From an uncultured Pseudomonadota bacterium (GTDB lineage: Bacteria > Pseudomonadota > Alphaproteobacteria > Rs-D84 > CACZYB01): a DNA stretch of 64,000 nt. Made by a program: the position numbers and the translations under genes. Shown one piece after another: positions 28,849-38,392 of the stretch; within the stretch, counting starts at the first letter, position 1; every line of letters begins with the position of its first letter. The DNA is taken from assembly GCA_902785275.1 (NCBI GenBank), contig CACZYB010000006.1, positions 1 to 64,000 of the forward strand, written 5' to 3'. The notes beneath the pieces are model-generated. The model was not told the origin of the DNA. It ran no database searches and saw only the letters and a list, made by a program, of their open reading frames with translations.

Positions 28849-29877
28849 ATGCGTGTTGATTTATTTGATTTTGATTTGCCGGAAAAATTTATTGCAAAGG
28901 AGCCTGTCGCAAAACGTGATGAGGCAAAACTTTTGCTTGTTCCGGAATTGGAAAATAAAAAGGTTAAGGATTTGGTTGATATATTGCCAGCCAACAGTCT
29001 TATAGTTTTTAATAATACAAAAGTTATTCCTGCAAGAATTTTTGGTGTTTGTAAGGAACGTCATTTCGAGGCTACACTTCATAAAAATGTGGCTTTGGAT
29101 ACATGGCTTGCCTTTATTAGAAATTCGAAAAAGTTGAATGTTGGGGATGAAATTGTTTTTGGTGATGGACTTTTGGTAGGTACTGTAAAATCAAAACAGG
29201 GTGAAAGTGGTGTTGAACTTTGTTTTAATAAAGGAGGACATGAGTTCTTTGAAACATTACAAAAAATTGGAACTTTACCTTTACCACCATATCTTAAACG
29301 TGAAGTTAAAAAAGAAGATTTTGAAAATTATCAAACTGTTTATGCAAAAGTTGATGGGGCGGTTGCTGCACCTACTGCAGGACTTCATTTTACAGAAGAA
29401 CTTTTGCAAAAATTACGTGCAAAAGGAATCGATATGGTAGAGCTTACTTTGCATGTTGGTGCGGGTACTTTTCAACCTGTAAAAGTGGAAGATACAAAAG
29501 ACCACAAAATGCATTCTGAGTATGTTTTGATAACAAAAGAAGTTGCTGATAAAATTAACGAAGCAAAACGAAATGGTAAAAAAATTATTGGTGTTGGAAC
29601 AACGGTTTTAAGATCATTGGAATCGGCGGTGGATAGTGATGGATTTATTCATCCATTTGCAAAAGAAACTGATATATTTATTACTCCTCCATATACTTTT
29701 AAATCAGTTGATTATTTGATTACAAATTTTCATTTACCTAAGTCAACTTTGTTTATGTTGGTATGTGCCTTTGCAGGAATGGATGAGATGAAAAATGCCT
29801 ATGAATTTGCAAAAAATAATGATTATAGATTCTATTCTTATGGTGATGCAACACTTTTAAAAAGGAAAGATAACTAA
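28849..29877 (+). CDS. queA: SAM:tRNA ribosyltransferase-isomerase
   Basis: FNNTKVIPAR, AAPTAGLHF, LHVGAGTFQP, YRFYSYGDA. Confidence 0.97.
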   Translation: MRVDLFDFDLPEKFIAKEPVAKRDEAKLLLVPELENKKVKDLVDILPANSLIVFNNTKVIPARIFGVCKERHFEATLHKNVALDTWLAFIRNSKKLNVGDEIVFGDGLLVGTVKSKQGESGVELCFNKGGHEFFETLQKIGTLPLPPYLKREVKKEDFENYQTVYAKVDGAVAAPTAGLHFTEELLQKLRAKGIDMVELTLHVGAGTFQPVKVEDTKDHKMHSEYVLITKEVADKINEAKRNGKKIIGVGTTVLRSLESAVDSDGFIHPFAKETDIFITPPYTFKSVDYLITNFHLPKSTLFMLVCAFAGMDEMKNAYEFAKNNDYRFYSYGDATLLKRKDN

Positions 29878-31892
29878 TGGAAAATACTGTATTTTCTTGT
29901 AATGATATAGTTAAAGTATTACTTCCAATTGCAAGTGAAGCTTATGATTATATTGTTCCGGAAAATATGGATGTTTTTGTTGGAGATTTTGTAAAAGTTC
30001 CATTAAGAAACAAGTTTGAAGTTGGGGTTGTTTTATCAAAAAATATCGAACCTTTGGGGTATGATATTTCAAAAGTTAAAACTATTTTTTCAAAGGTAAA
30101 AAATTATAAACTTTCGGTTCATCAGTTGGAATTTATAAAAAAAGTTGCCGACTATAATTTAACTTTTTCAGGTAATATTTTGAAAATGGTTATGGGTTTT
30201 GATGAACTTTTTGATACTGTTATTCCAAGGAAAAAAAATACTGATTATAATCCGATTTATGTGTCTCCAGAATTATCACCAGAGCAGAAAAATGCGACAG
30301 AAGTTTTATCAAAAAAACTTGGGGCTGGATTTTCGGTTACACTTCTTGATGGTATTACAGGAAGCGGTAAAACAGAGGTGTATTTTAATGTAATAAATGA
30401 GGCATTAAAAAATTCGGACACACAGGTTTTGATAATGCTTCCAGAAATATCTTTGACTGGTCAATTTTTATCAAAATTTAAGGATAGATTTGGAATACTT
30501 CCTGTACTTTGGCATAGTGGTATTACAAAGGCACAAAGACGTGATAATTGGAAATCAGTTATGAATGGAGATGCAAGGGTTATTGTTGGAACAAGATCTT
30601 CGCTTTTTTTACCATATAAAAATCTTTCATTAATTGTCCTTGATGAAGAACATGATGGTTCATATAAACAAGAAGATGGTGTTATTTATCAAGGTCGAGA
30701 TATGGCTGTATTAAAGGCTTCAGTTGATAAAATTCCAATCATTTTGGCTTCGGCAACACCTTCGATTGAAACAATAAATAATGTAAATCTTGGTAAATAT
30801 GGCGTGGTAAAACTTACCTCTCGTTTCGGTGCGGCGGTTATGCCGGAAATTGATTTGATTGATATGAGACAAAATCAACCCCACAAGGAAGCTTGGGGAA
30901 AATCTTGGCTTTCATCTGTATTGGTTAAACAGATAGAGGAAAAGCTTGAAGTAAAAGAGCAGATAATGCTTTATATAAATAGACGTGGTTATGCGCCTTT
31001 GGTACTTTGCAGTTCGTGTGGACACAGGCTTCAATGTCCGAACTGTAATGTATATTTAACAGCACACAGTAAAGATGATACAAAGTGTTGTTGTCATCAT
31101 TGCGGATATACGGTAAGGTTGCCAAAGGTTTGCTCAAAGTGTGGAAAAGAAGATACTTGGGCGTTAGTTGGTCCTGGAATTGAAAGAATTGAGGAAGAGG
31201 TTAAAAATCGTTTTCCAGATGCAAAAATTGAAACAATATCGTCAGATATTATCACTTCTCAGACTAGACTTAATGAAATTATAAGAAAGATTTCGGCTAG
31301 TGAAGTTGATATTATTATTGGTACACAGATTTTGGTAAAAGGACACCATTTCCCAAATCTTACCTTGGTTGGTGTGGTTGATGGTGATATGAGTTTTTCA
31401 TCTTCGGATTTGCGTGCAAATGAAAATACATTCCAGCTTTTGACACAGGTTTCTGGGCGTGCTGGACGTGATGTAAAGAAAGGTAGGGTTGTTATTCAAA
31501 CCTATAATCCAGATAATTCTGTTATGCAGGCGATAAAAAATAATGATAGGGATGCTTTTGTTGAACAAGAGCTTAAAGATAGAAAGGAATCTTTGATGCC
31601 TCCGTTTGCAAAGTTGGGGGCAATAATTCTTTCATCAAGAAATAAAGAAACTCTGGAAAACTTTTGCTATGCTTTGAAGCAAAAGATGCCTATTGGACTT
31701 GATGGGGTACAGGCGTATGGTCCGATTGATTCACCGCTTTCGTATCTTAAAAATAATTACAGAAAAAGATTTTTATTGGTTGTGGATAAGAAAATTCATA
31801 TACAAGATATTCTTAAAAAATGGCTTTCTATGGTGAAAATTCCATCGACTGTAAAGCTAAAGGTTGATGTCGATCCGTATAACTTTATGTAA
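29877..31892 (+). CDS. priA: Primosomal protein N'
   Basis: GITGSGKTEVY, DEEHD, SATPS, two Cys-rich Zn motifs. Confidence 0.96.
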   Translation: MENTVFSCNDIVKVLLPIASEAYDYIVPENMDVFVGDFVKVPLRNKFEVGVVLSKNIEPLGYDISKVKTIFSKVKNYKLSVHQLEFIKKVADYNLTFSGNILKMVMGFDELFDTVIPRKKNTDYNPIYVSPELSPEQKNATEVLSKKLGAGFSVTLLDGITGSGKTEVYFNVINEALKNSDTQVLIMLPEISLTGQFLSKFKDRFGILPVLWHSGITKAQRRDNWKSVMNGDARVIVGTRSSLFLPYKNLSLIVLDEEHDGSYKQEDGVIYQGRDMAVLKASVDKIPIILASATPSIETINNVNLGKYGVVKLTSRFGAAVMPEIDLIDMRQNQPHKEAWGKSWLSSVLVKQIEEKLEVKEQIMLYINRRGYAPLVLCSSCGHRLQCPNCNVYLTAHSKDDTKCCCHHCGYTVRLPKVCSKCGKEDTWALVGPGIERIEEEVKNRFPDAKIETISSDIITSQTRLNEIIRKISASEVDIIIGTQILVKGHHFPNLTLVGVVDGDMSFSSSDLRANENTFQLLTQVSGRAGRDVKKGRVVIQTYNPDNSVMQAIKNNDRDAFVEQELKDRKESLMPPFAKLGAIILSSRNKETLENFCYALKQKMPIGLDGVQAYGPIDSPLSYLKNNYRKRFLLVVDKKIHIQDILKKWLSMVKIPSTVKLKVDVDPYNFM

Positions 31893-31906
31893 GGAGTAAG
31901 TGATAT

Positions 31907-34003
31907 ATGCCAGAAAATTTACAATATTTTTTTAAATCGCTTATGACTTTAAAAGGTGTCGGCAATAAGTTTTTTGAAAGTTTAAATCGTCTTTTACCTA
32001 ATACTAGGTTTAAAGATATGTTGTTTCATTTACCAGTTTCTGTGATTGATAGAAGCTATGTCTCCACTATTATGGAAGCAGAGCTTGGGCGAATTGTAAC
32101 AATAAAAGTCGATGTCTTGAAACATATTCCTGCACCGTATGTAAAGGGACGAAAAATTCCGTATAAAGTTCTTTGTGGTGATGATAGTGGGTTTGTTACA
32201 CTTAACTTTTTCAATGCAGGAAGTTATTTGCAAAAATCTATACCTGTTGGTGCAAAGATTTGTATCAGTGGTAAGATTGAAGAATTTGATGGAGGAAGGT
32301 GTATTAATCATCCGGACTATATAGTACCAGTTTCTCAGTTTGAAAAAATTGCAAATTTAGAACCGGTTTATCCATTAACATATGCAGTAACTAATAAAAT
32401 GTTAAGGAACGTTGTGAATCAAATTTTGGATGGCATGCCGGTACTTCCAGAATGGCAGGATGGAGCAGAAATTTCTTTTGATAACGCCTTAAAATTAATG
32501 CATAGGCCTGTAAAGAATTCAGATATTATGAATGAGGCGAGAAGAAGACTTGCCTATGATGAAATACTTGCAAATCAGTTGGCTTTGGCTCTTTCCAGAA
32601 ATGAGTTTAAAAAGGAACGTGGTGCGAAAATTGATTTTGATAAAAGCTTGATTGAACCATTTATTGAATCTTTTGGATATGACTTAACCAATGCACAGAA
32701 AAGAGTTGTTTCTGAAATTTTGGATGATTTAAAGTCCGATAGTCGTATGCTTAGACTTCTTCAAGGGGATGTAGGAAGTGGTAAAACAGTTGTTGCAATG
32801 ATTGCTTTGTTGGCTGTTGTTGAAGTTGGTGGACAGGGTGCATTTATGGTTCCAACAGAAATTTTGGCCGAGCAACATTTTGAAACTTTTTCAAAATTGC
32901 TTAAAAAAGCCGGCTTTTTTGATAAGGTTAGGGTAATTCTTTTGACTGGAAAAGATAAAGGAAAGGTAAAATCTGAAAAACTTTCAGCTATTGCAAATGG
33001 CTATATTGATATTGTTATTGGTACGCATGCGCTTTTCCAAGAAAGTGTAAAATTCAAAAATCTTCTTTTATCAGTTATTGATGAACAACACAAATTTGGT
33101 GTTAATCAAAGGGTAAGTTTGGGTAACAAAAATAATGATAATGGTATTAATAAATGTAATGTATTAACCATGACTGCAACACCTATACCAAGGACTTTGG
33201 CAATGACATCGTTTGGTGATATGGATTTATCAATTATTGATGAAATGCCACCGAATAGAAAGCAGGTTGAAACAAAAATACTTAGTATGAACAAAATTGA
33301 TGAGCTTATACTTTCTATAAAAAATAAAATGGAAGCAGGGGCACTTAAGAAACTTTATTGGGTTTGTCCGTTGGTTGAGGAAAGTGAAAAACTTGATTTA
33401 TCCGATGCAATTTCAAGGTTTGAGTATTTGAAATCTGTTTTTGGAGAGAAGGTTGCACTTATCCATGGAAAGATGAAGGCTGATGAAAAAGATTTGGTTA
33501 TGTCTGATTTTGCAAATCCAAATGGTAAGGTTAAAATTTTGGTTGCAACTACTGTTATAGAAGTTGGTGTTAATGTTCCAGAAGCAACCTTGATGATTAT
33601 TGAACATAGTGAACGTTTTGGACTTTCGTCACTTCATCAATTACGTGGAAGAATTGGGCGTGGTGATGAAAAATCTATTTGTATATTACTTCATTCGCCA
33701 CGTATGACAAACGTGGCAAAGGAACGACTTTCAGTTATGAGAGAAACAACGGATGGTTTTAAAATTGCGGAAAAGGATTTAAAACTTCGTGGGGCTGGTG
33801 ATGTTTTGGGTGTAAGGCAAAGTGGACTTATTGATTTTAAAATTGCAGATTTGGAAAATGATTATGATTTATTTCTTGCAGCGGCACAGGACGTTAAAAA
33901 TATTCTTGACATATCTAAAAATACTGATAGAACAAGATGCTTTAATTTAAAATTTTTATTAGCTCTTTTCGATTATGAAGAACAATTAAAAAATCTTAAA
34001 TAA
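31907..34003 (+). CDS. recG: ATP-dependent DNA helicase RecG
   Basis: LLQGDVGSGKT, IDEQHKFG, MTATPIPRTL, HQLRGRIGRG. Confidence 0.97.
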   Translation: MPENLQYFFKSLMTLKGVGNKFFESLNRLLPNTRFKDMLFHLPVSVIDRSYVSTIMEAELGRIVTIKVDVLKHIPAPYVKGRKIPYKVLCGDDSGFVTLNFFNAGSYLQKSIPVGAKICISGKIEEFDGGRCINHPDYIVPVSQFEKIANLEPVYPLTYAVTNKMLRNVVNQILDGMPVLPEWQDGAEISFDNALKLMHRPVKNSDIMNEARRRLAYDEILANQLALALSRNEFKKERGAKIDFDKSLIEPFIESFGYDLTNAQKRVVSEILDDLKSDSRMLRLLQGDVGSGKTVVAMIALLAVVEVGGQGAFMVPTEILAEQHFETFSKLLKKAGFFDKVRVILLTGKDKGKVKSEKLSAIANGYIDIVIGTHALFQESVKFKNLLLSVIDEQHKFGVNQRVSLGNKNNDNGINKCNVLTMTATPIPRTLAMTSFGDMDLSIIDEMPPNRKQVETKILSMNKIDELILSIKNKMEAGALKKLYWVCPLVEESEKLDLSDAISRFEYLKSVFGEKVALIHGKMKADEKDLVMSDFANPNGKVKILVATTVIEVGVNVPEATLMIIEHSERFGLSSLHQLRGRIGRGDEKSICILLHSPRMTNVAKERLSVMRETTDGFKIAEKDLKLRGAGDVLGVRQSGLIDFKIADLENDYDLFLAAAQDVKNILDISKNTDRTRCFNLKFLLALFDYEEQLKNLK

Positions 34004-34089
34004 AATAATACAAAAAATATTATTTTGACAAAATACTTGACAAAACAAATAAACAATATTATATTATAAGGTATAGTAAGGAAAAAGAT

Positions 34090-35229
34090 ATGAAAATAAA
34101 TTATAATAGTTTTAGAAAACCGATGCAGCCGGATAATATAGATCTTAACGGTTTATATGATAAAGCTTCTTATTCTGGTATTGTTTTTGATTATGTACTT
34201 CACTTGTTACAAAAGAAATTTAAGGATCAAAAAGGTTTAGATTGTGAAGTAAAAGTTGGTCCAGTAAAGGGTGGTGAACGTGCAGTTGAAAAATTAGTAA
34301 CAGATCTTGATTTGAAAAAGAATCCTTCAAATATCTTGGATATTTTAAGGGCTACTATTACAGTTAGTGATGTTGAAACACTTTTGGATTTTATTGATTT
34401 TACAACTAAAGTTACTTTCCAATACAAAGATTTCAAAAAATCTGCTCTTAATAAAACTGTTCTTAGTGGAATTAAGGATAGACTTAGAAGTAATGTTGTT
34501 GAAATCAAAAAAAATATGGAAATAGTAGATATTTGTATGGATGCCGCAAAGAAAAGTGAAGGCAAAGACGAAGATTATAAAGAAGAAATTGAAAGAAAAA
34601 GAAAACATGATGTTAGTGTTATTTCTAACACTTTCAGACTTCCTGAGGAATCAATTGATTTCGAAACAGATGCAATCTTTGATTATTTCAATATCTTTTT
34701 ACATGAAGAAAAAAATCTTCCTTCTGCAAATGTTGGTATTTCAAATGGTTTTTCTTTGGCTGTAAGTGATCAGGTAAAACAAAAATATCCATTTTTAAAG
34801 GCAGAACCAAAAATTAAAGAAAGCAATTATATGGATTTTAAGTTTTATGTTTGTATTCCAACACCTCTTTTGGAAAATGAATATATGATTTGTGAAGTTA
34901 TTGCTACACTTGATTGCTTTGATAAAGTTTATCCAAAGACACATATTTTATATGAAGCTTCAAGAAAAGATTTTAAAGAAAAAGTTTGGGATGATATGAA
35001 AAAAGAAGAACTTAAAATCCTTTCTGATACTTTAAGACAGGAAAAATATATTGAATTAATTAAGAATTATAATAATAAACATCCTTCTTCAATTCAAATT
35101 CTTCCATATAAAGATGATAAGAAGTTAAGAGAACAAATCTTAAATCAAGTATGTGGAACTTTGACATTCACTTCAACCATTTGGGGTTGTAGAGATCTTA
35201 TCGAAAATACAAAAGGAATTGTGAGGTAA
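34090..35229 (+). CDS. Divergent RelA/SpoT-synthetase-like nucleotidyltransferase
   Basis: Motifs in RSH order: GPVKxxERAVEK (aa57-68), DILRATI (84-90), SNYMDFK (245-251), ICEVI (267-271), HILYE (285-289). Confidence 0.6.
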   Translation: MKINYNSFRKPMQPDNIDLNGLYDKASYSGIVFDYVLHLLQKKFKDQKGLDCEVKVGPVKGGERAVEKLVTDLDLKKNPSNILDILRATITVSDVETLLDFIDFTTKVTFQYKDFKKSALNKTVLSGIKDRLRSNVVEIKKNMEIVDICMDAAKKSEGKDEDYKEEIERKRKHDVSVISNTFRLPEESIDFETDAIFDYFNIFLHEEKNLPSANVGISNGFSLAVSDQVKQKYPFLKAEPKIKESNYMDFKFYVCIPTPLLENEYMICEVIATLDCFDKVYPKTHILYEASRKDFKEKVWDDMKKEELKILSDTLRQEKYIELIKNYNNKHPSSIQILPYKDDKKLREQILNQVCGTLTFTSTIWGCRDLIENTKGIVR

Positions 35230-35231
35230 AA

Positions 35232-36023
35232 ATGAATAACTATTTTAATCTTAATCTTCCAAAGATAGAAGTTTCAGGTAGACAACTTTTTGTATCATAC
35301 GGAGAAAAGAAAGATCCTCTTTTCTTTGGTGAAAATAAAAACCTTAATGGTCAAACACCTTTGTATTTCAAAAAAGAAGATGAAGTTATTGGTGTGGAAC
35401 CTGCTGCTTATATGTCTTATAAAAAAATAGGACAAAAGTTGGTAAAGAAAGTTTCTTTTGTAGATGGTTTGGATTTCTATTTTAAATATGATAAATCAAA
35501 TGGTTTTTTTGATATAAAAAAAGGTTTAATCAGTCCATCCGGTAATGAATATTCAATTTACAATATGCCAAGGAAAAAGTTTTATTATGATCTTATTGAT
35601 GTGTTAAAACTTCGTCTTTTGTTAGGATATATTGGTAGTGACGATAAGAAACAATCTGCAGATTTCTATTTTAGAGAAGCTCATAAATATGTTATTATGA
35701 ACAAATTCGATTTGAAATTAGATGAATGTATGAACTTTTTAAAAGGGATTCTTAAAAAAGCATATATTCCAGAAAGTTTTGAAGATGGATTTATGCATGA
35801 ACTTCATAAATCAATATTTGAAAATGAACTTTCAAGAGCTGATGCTTTGGATGTTGAATATAAGGCAAAGCTTTCATTGATTAATGAAGGAAAAGGTAAA
35901 AGATTTGCTTTTGATGATAAAAATCTTTATAAAAAGGTTTTGGATGAAATTAGAGCAAAAGAAACAGCACGAAGAATGAATATGGTAAAACTTCGTGAAA
36001 CTATGTTCGATAAAATGCGTTAA
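35232..36023 (+). CDS. Orphan coupled to the upstream RelA/SpoT-like gene
   Basis: 2-nt gap, GAGG RBS inside the upstream 3' end; ends ...MFDKMR. Confidence 0.8.
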   Translation: MNNYFNLNLPKIEVSGRQLFVSYGEKKDPLFFGENKNLNGQTPLYFKKEDEVIGVEPAAYMSYKKIGQKLVKKVSFVDGLDFYFKYDKSNGFFDIKKGLISPSGNEYSIYNMPRKKFYYDLIDVLKLRLLLGYIGSDDKKQSADFYFREAHKYVIMNKFDLKLDECMNFLKGILKKAYIPESFEDGFMHELHKSIFENELSRADALDVEYKAKLSLINEGKGKRFAFDDKNLYKKVLDEIRAKETARRMNMVKLRETMFDKMR

Positions 36024-36046
36024 TTTTATCTTTGATTTAAAAATTT

Positions 36047-36072
36047 TCCCCGCCAATTGGTGGGGAGTTTTT
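36047..36072 (+). terminator. Conserved hairpin family copy 6
   Basis: TCCCCGCC-AATT-GGTGGGGA then GTTTTT. Confidence 0.8.
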
Positions 36073-36153
36073 ATTTAGGATAAGTGAACTTTTATTTTCT
36101 TGCGCTTAATAGGAATTTATGCTAAAATATTTTTGATTAAAGAGAGGGTTAAG

Positions 36154-36327
36154 ATGAAAAAAGTATTATTTTTAGCAATTATTTGTGGAAGTATTTCTGG
36201 TTGTACAAATCTTTCTATTGAACATGTTTTTGATGAGAAAGGTAGAGAGGTTGAAACAATTTGCCATCAACCAAGATTTTTAGGAATCTTTGGTGGATTT
36301 AAAAATACTTGCTCTATAAGTGGTTAA
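36154..36327 (+). CDS. Small lipoprotein
   Basis: MKKVLFLAIICGSISGC lipobox; GAGGG RBS; two further Cys. Confidence 0.65.
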   Translation: MKKVLFLAIICGSISGCTNLSIEHVFDEKGREVETICHQPRFLGIFGGFKNTCSISG

Positions 36328-36543
36328 TTAATATCTGCTGAAACTTTTCATAGAGATATTTTGTCTTTCCCAAATGGCTCTTGTCTTAAGTTCCATAATG
36401 AAAAGTAATGTTCTTTGAGCATTTGGTTCAGATATTTGAAGTTTTTCTACTTCTTTTGAAATCTGTTCTGTTGTCATAGATTTCATTTCATCTCTGATAA
36501 TAGAAGCTTCATCTTTTATGATTTTTTTTTGTTTTACATCCAT
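36328..36543 (-). CDS. Small orphan
   Basis: AAGGA RBS; promoter TTGACT-18-TATAAT at 36605-36576; ends ...KSFSRY. Confidence 0.6.
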   Translation of the reverse strand: MDVKQKKIIKDEASIIRDEMKSMTTEQISKEVEKLQISEPNAQRTLLFIMELKTRAIWERQNISMKSFSRY

Positions 36544-36693
36544 TTGTTTTTTCCTTTTTTCATTTGTTTCTAAAAATTATACAAAATTTATATATTATTA
36601 GTCAATCAAAATATTTCGTTTAAAAATCTATTAAAAACTTGAGTTTTTCTGTGGCTTTTGTTAAACTTTTTAGGTAAAACGAAAGGAGATTTT

Positions 36694-37731
36694 ATGACAA
36701 CAATTATTGATAATGTGCAACTTGACTATAGTGATGTTTTGATTCAACCAAAACGTACAACTTTGAATTCAAGAAAAGAAGCTGATATTATAAGAACATA
36801 TAAATTTAAGTATTATAAGAAACAGATTAAGGCAACCGGCATTACTGTTGCAAATATGGCGACAACCGGAACTTTTGAAATGGCAAAGGCTATGACTGAA
36901 CTTAATGGAATAACTTGCCTTCAAAAGCATTATACAAAGGAAGAGGTTATAAATTTTCTTCAATCAAATGATAATAACGAATTGATTTTTATTTCAACAG
37001 GTATAAAGGATGACGAGTTTGAAAAAACTTGTGCTATACTTGATACTGGACTTATTGATAAGGTGTGTGTAGATATTGCAAATGGCTATATTCCGAACCT
37101 TGCAAGATTTGTAAAAAAGCTTCGTGAAAAGTATGCTGAAAATATCCTTATTATGGCGGGTAATGTTGTAACAAGCGATATGACACAGGAGCTTATCCTT
37201 AATGGAGCTGATTTGGTAAAGGTTGGTATTGGACCGGGAAGTGCATGTATTACTAGAAAGATTACTGGTGTTGGTCGTCCACAACTTTCTGCTGTGATGG
37301 AATGTGCGGATGCGGCACATGGAATGAATGGAATGATTTGTGCCGATGGTGGATGCACTTGTCCTGGGGATATTGTAAAAGCATATGCTGGTGGTGCGGA
37401 CTTTATTATGCTTGGTGGTATGTTTGCAGGTACAAAAGAAGCCGAAGGTGAAGTGATAAACCGCGATGGAAAAGAACTTAAGCTTTTCTATGGAATGAGT
37501 TCACAATATGCTCAAAACAAACACTGGGGAAAAATGAATTCCTATCGTGCCTCAGAGGGTAGGGTTGTTGAAATTCCGTATACTGGTCCGGTTTCAATAA
37601 AAATTGAGGAAATATACGGCGGTATCAGAAGTGCGATGACTTATATCGGGGCAAGAAGATTAAAGGATATTCCGAAATGCGCAACCTTCTATAAGGTAAA
37701 CAGACAGTTAAATGAAGTATTTGCAAAATAA
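36694..37731 (+). CDS. guaC: GMP reductase
   Basis: LDYSDVLIQPKR, DIANGY, KVGIGPGSACITR, FYGMSS, YRASEG; start at ATG 36694 behind GGAG. Confidence 0.94.
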   Translation: MTTIIDNVQLDYSDVLIQPKRTTLNSRKEADIIRTYKFKYYKKQIKATGITVANMATTGTFEMAKAMTELNGITCLQKHYTKEEVINFLQSNDNNELIFISTGIKDDEFEKTCAILDTGLIDKVCVDIANGYIPNLARFVKKLREKYAENILIMAGNVVTSDMTQELILNGADLVKVGIGPGSACITRKITGVGRPQLSAVMECADAAHGMNGMICADGGCTCPGDIVKAYAGGADFIMLGGMFAGTKEAEGEVINRDGKELKLFYGMSSQYAQNKHWGKMNSYRASEGRVVEIPYTGPVSIKIEEIYGGIRSAMTYIGARRLKDIPKCATFYKVNRQLNEVFAK

Positions 37732-37762
37732 AAACACCCCGCCAATTGGTGGGGTGTTTTTT
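37730..37762 (+). terminator. Conserved hairpin family copy 7 (bidirectional)
   Basis: AAAAACACCCCGCC-AATT-GGTGGGGTGTTTTT. Confidence 0.8.
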
Positions 37763-37809
37763 AGAATTTTACTATTTATATTTTATTAAAAAACACAGGT
37801 ATAGGAAAA

Positions 37810-38223
37810 TTATTTGGATAGACCAGTTTCCTTGAGTAAACGTTTATACATATTTAACCATTCAAGGAAAAGTGCAACTTTTTCATCGTTTTGTTTTGGA
37901 GCATTATGTCTTAAGTATTCCAAATATATTTCTGCGATATAGTTACCTGTTTCAACATATTCGTAAAGTTCTGGGAATGAAGGGTAAATTTTTTTTACCT
38001 TTTCAACAAATTCTTTTGTTACAGGTTTGTTATGAGATCTGAATTTTAACCATTCCTTGTATAAATTATCTTTTTCTTTGTTTATATTTGTAGTATAGCT
38101 CATATTATCCAAAATTCGACCAGCGATGATGTCACCTTGTTCAAGGTAGTTGTGTAATTTTCTTTCATTAGGGTAAACTTTTTTTACTCTTTTGATAAAA
38201 TTTTTAGGATAAATCATCTTCAT
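37810..38223 (-). CDS. Orphan made of two ~60-aa repeats
   Basis: True start is ATG 38223 (MKMIYPKNF); KNFIKRVKKVYP...LYKEWL versus KEFVEKVKKIYP...LFLEWL. Confidence 0.7.
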   Translation of the reverse strand: MKMIYPKNFIKRVKKVYPNERKLHNYLEQGDIIAGRILDNMSYTTNINKEKDNLYKEWLKFRSHNKPVTKEFVEKVKKIYPSFPELYEYVETGNYIAEIYLEYLRHNAPKQNDEKVALFLEWLNMYKRLLKETGLSK

Positions 38224-38253
38224 TTTTAAAGCCTTTCTGATATTAGGTTTATC

Positions 38254-38343
38254 TGGCGGAGAGGAAGGGATTTGAACCCCCGATGGAGTTGCCCCCATAA
38301 CGGTTTTCGAGGCCGCCGCATTCAACCACTCTGCCACCTCTCC
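38254..38343 (-). tRNA. tRNA-Ser(CGA)
   Basis: GGAGAGG...CT-CGA-AA...long variable arm...GGTTCAAATCC...CCTCTCCGCCA. Confidence 0.95.
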
Positions 38344-38392
38344 AAAAGATTTTCTTTATAATACTCCCTTAATTACAAAAAATAAAGTCTTT

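Noticed and set aside
38224-38337. N-terminal extension of the 175-aa ORF (MAEWLNAAASKT...)
   Set aside because: It is the translation of tRNA-Ser; the real start is at 38223
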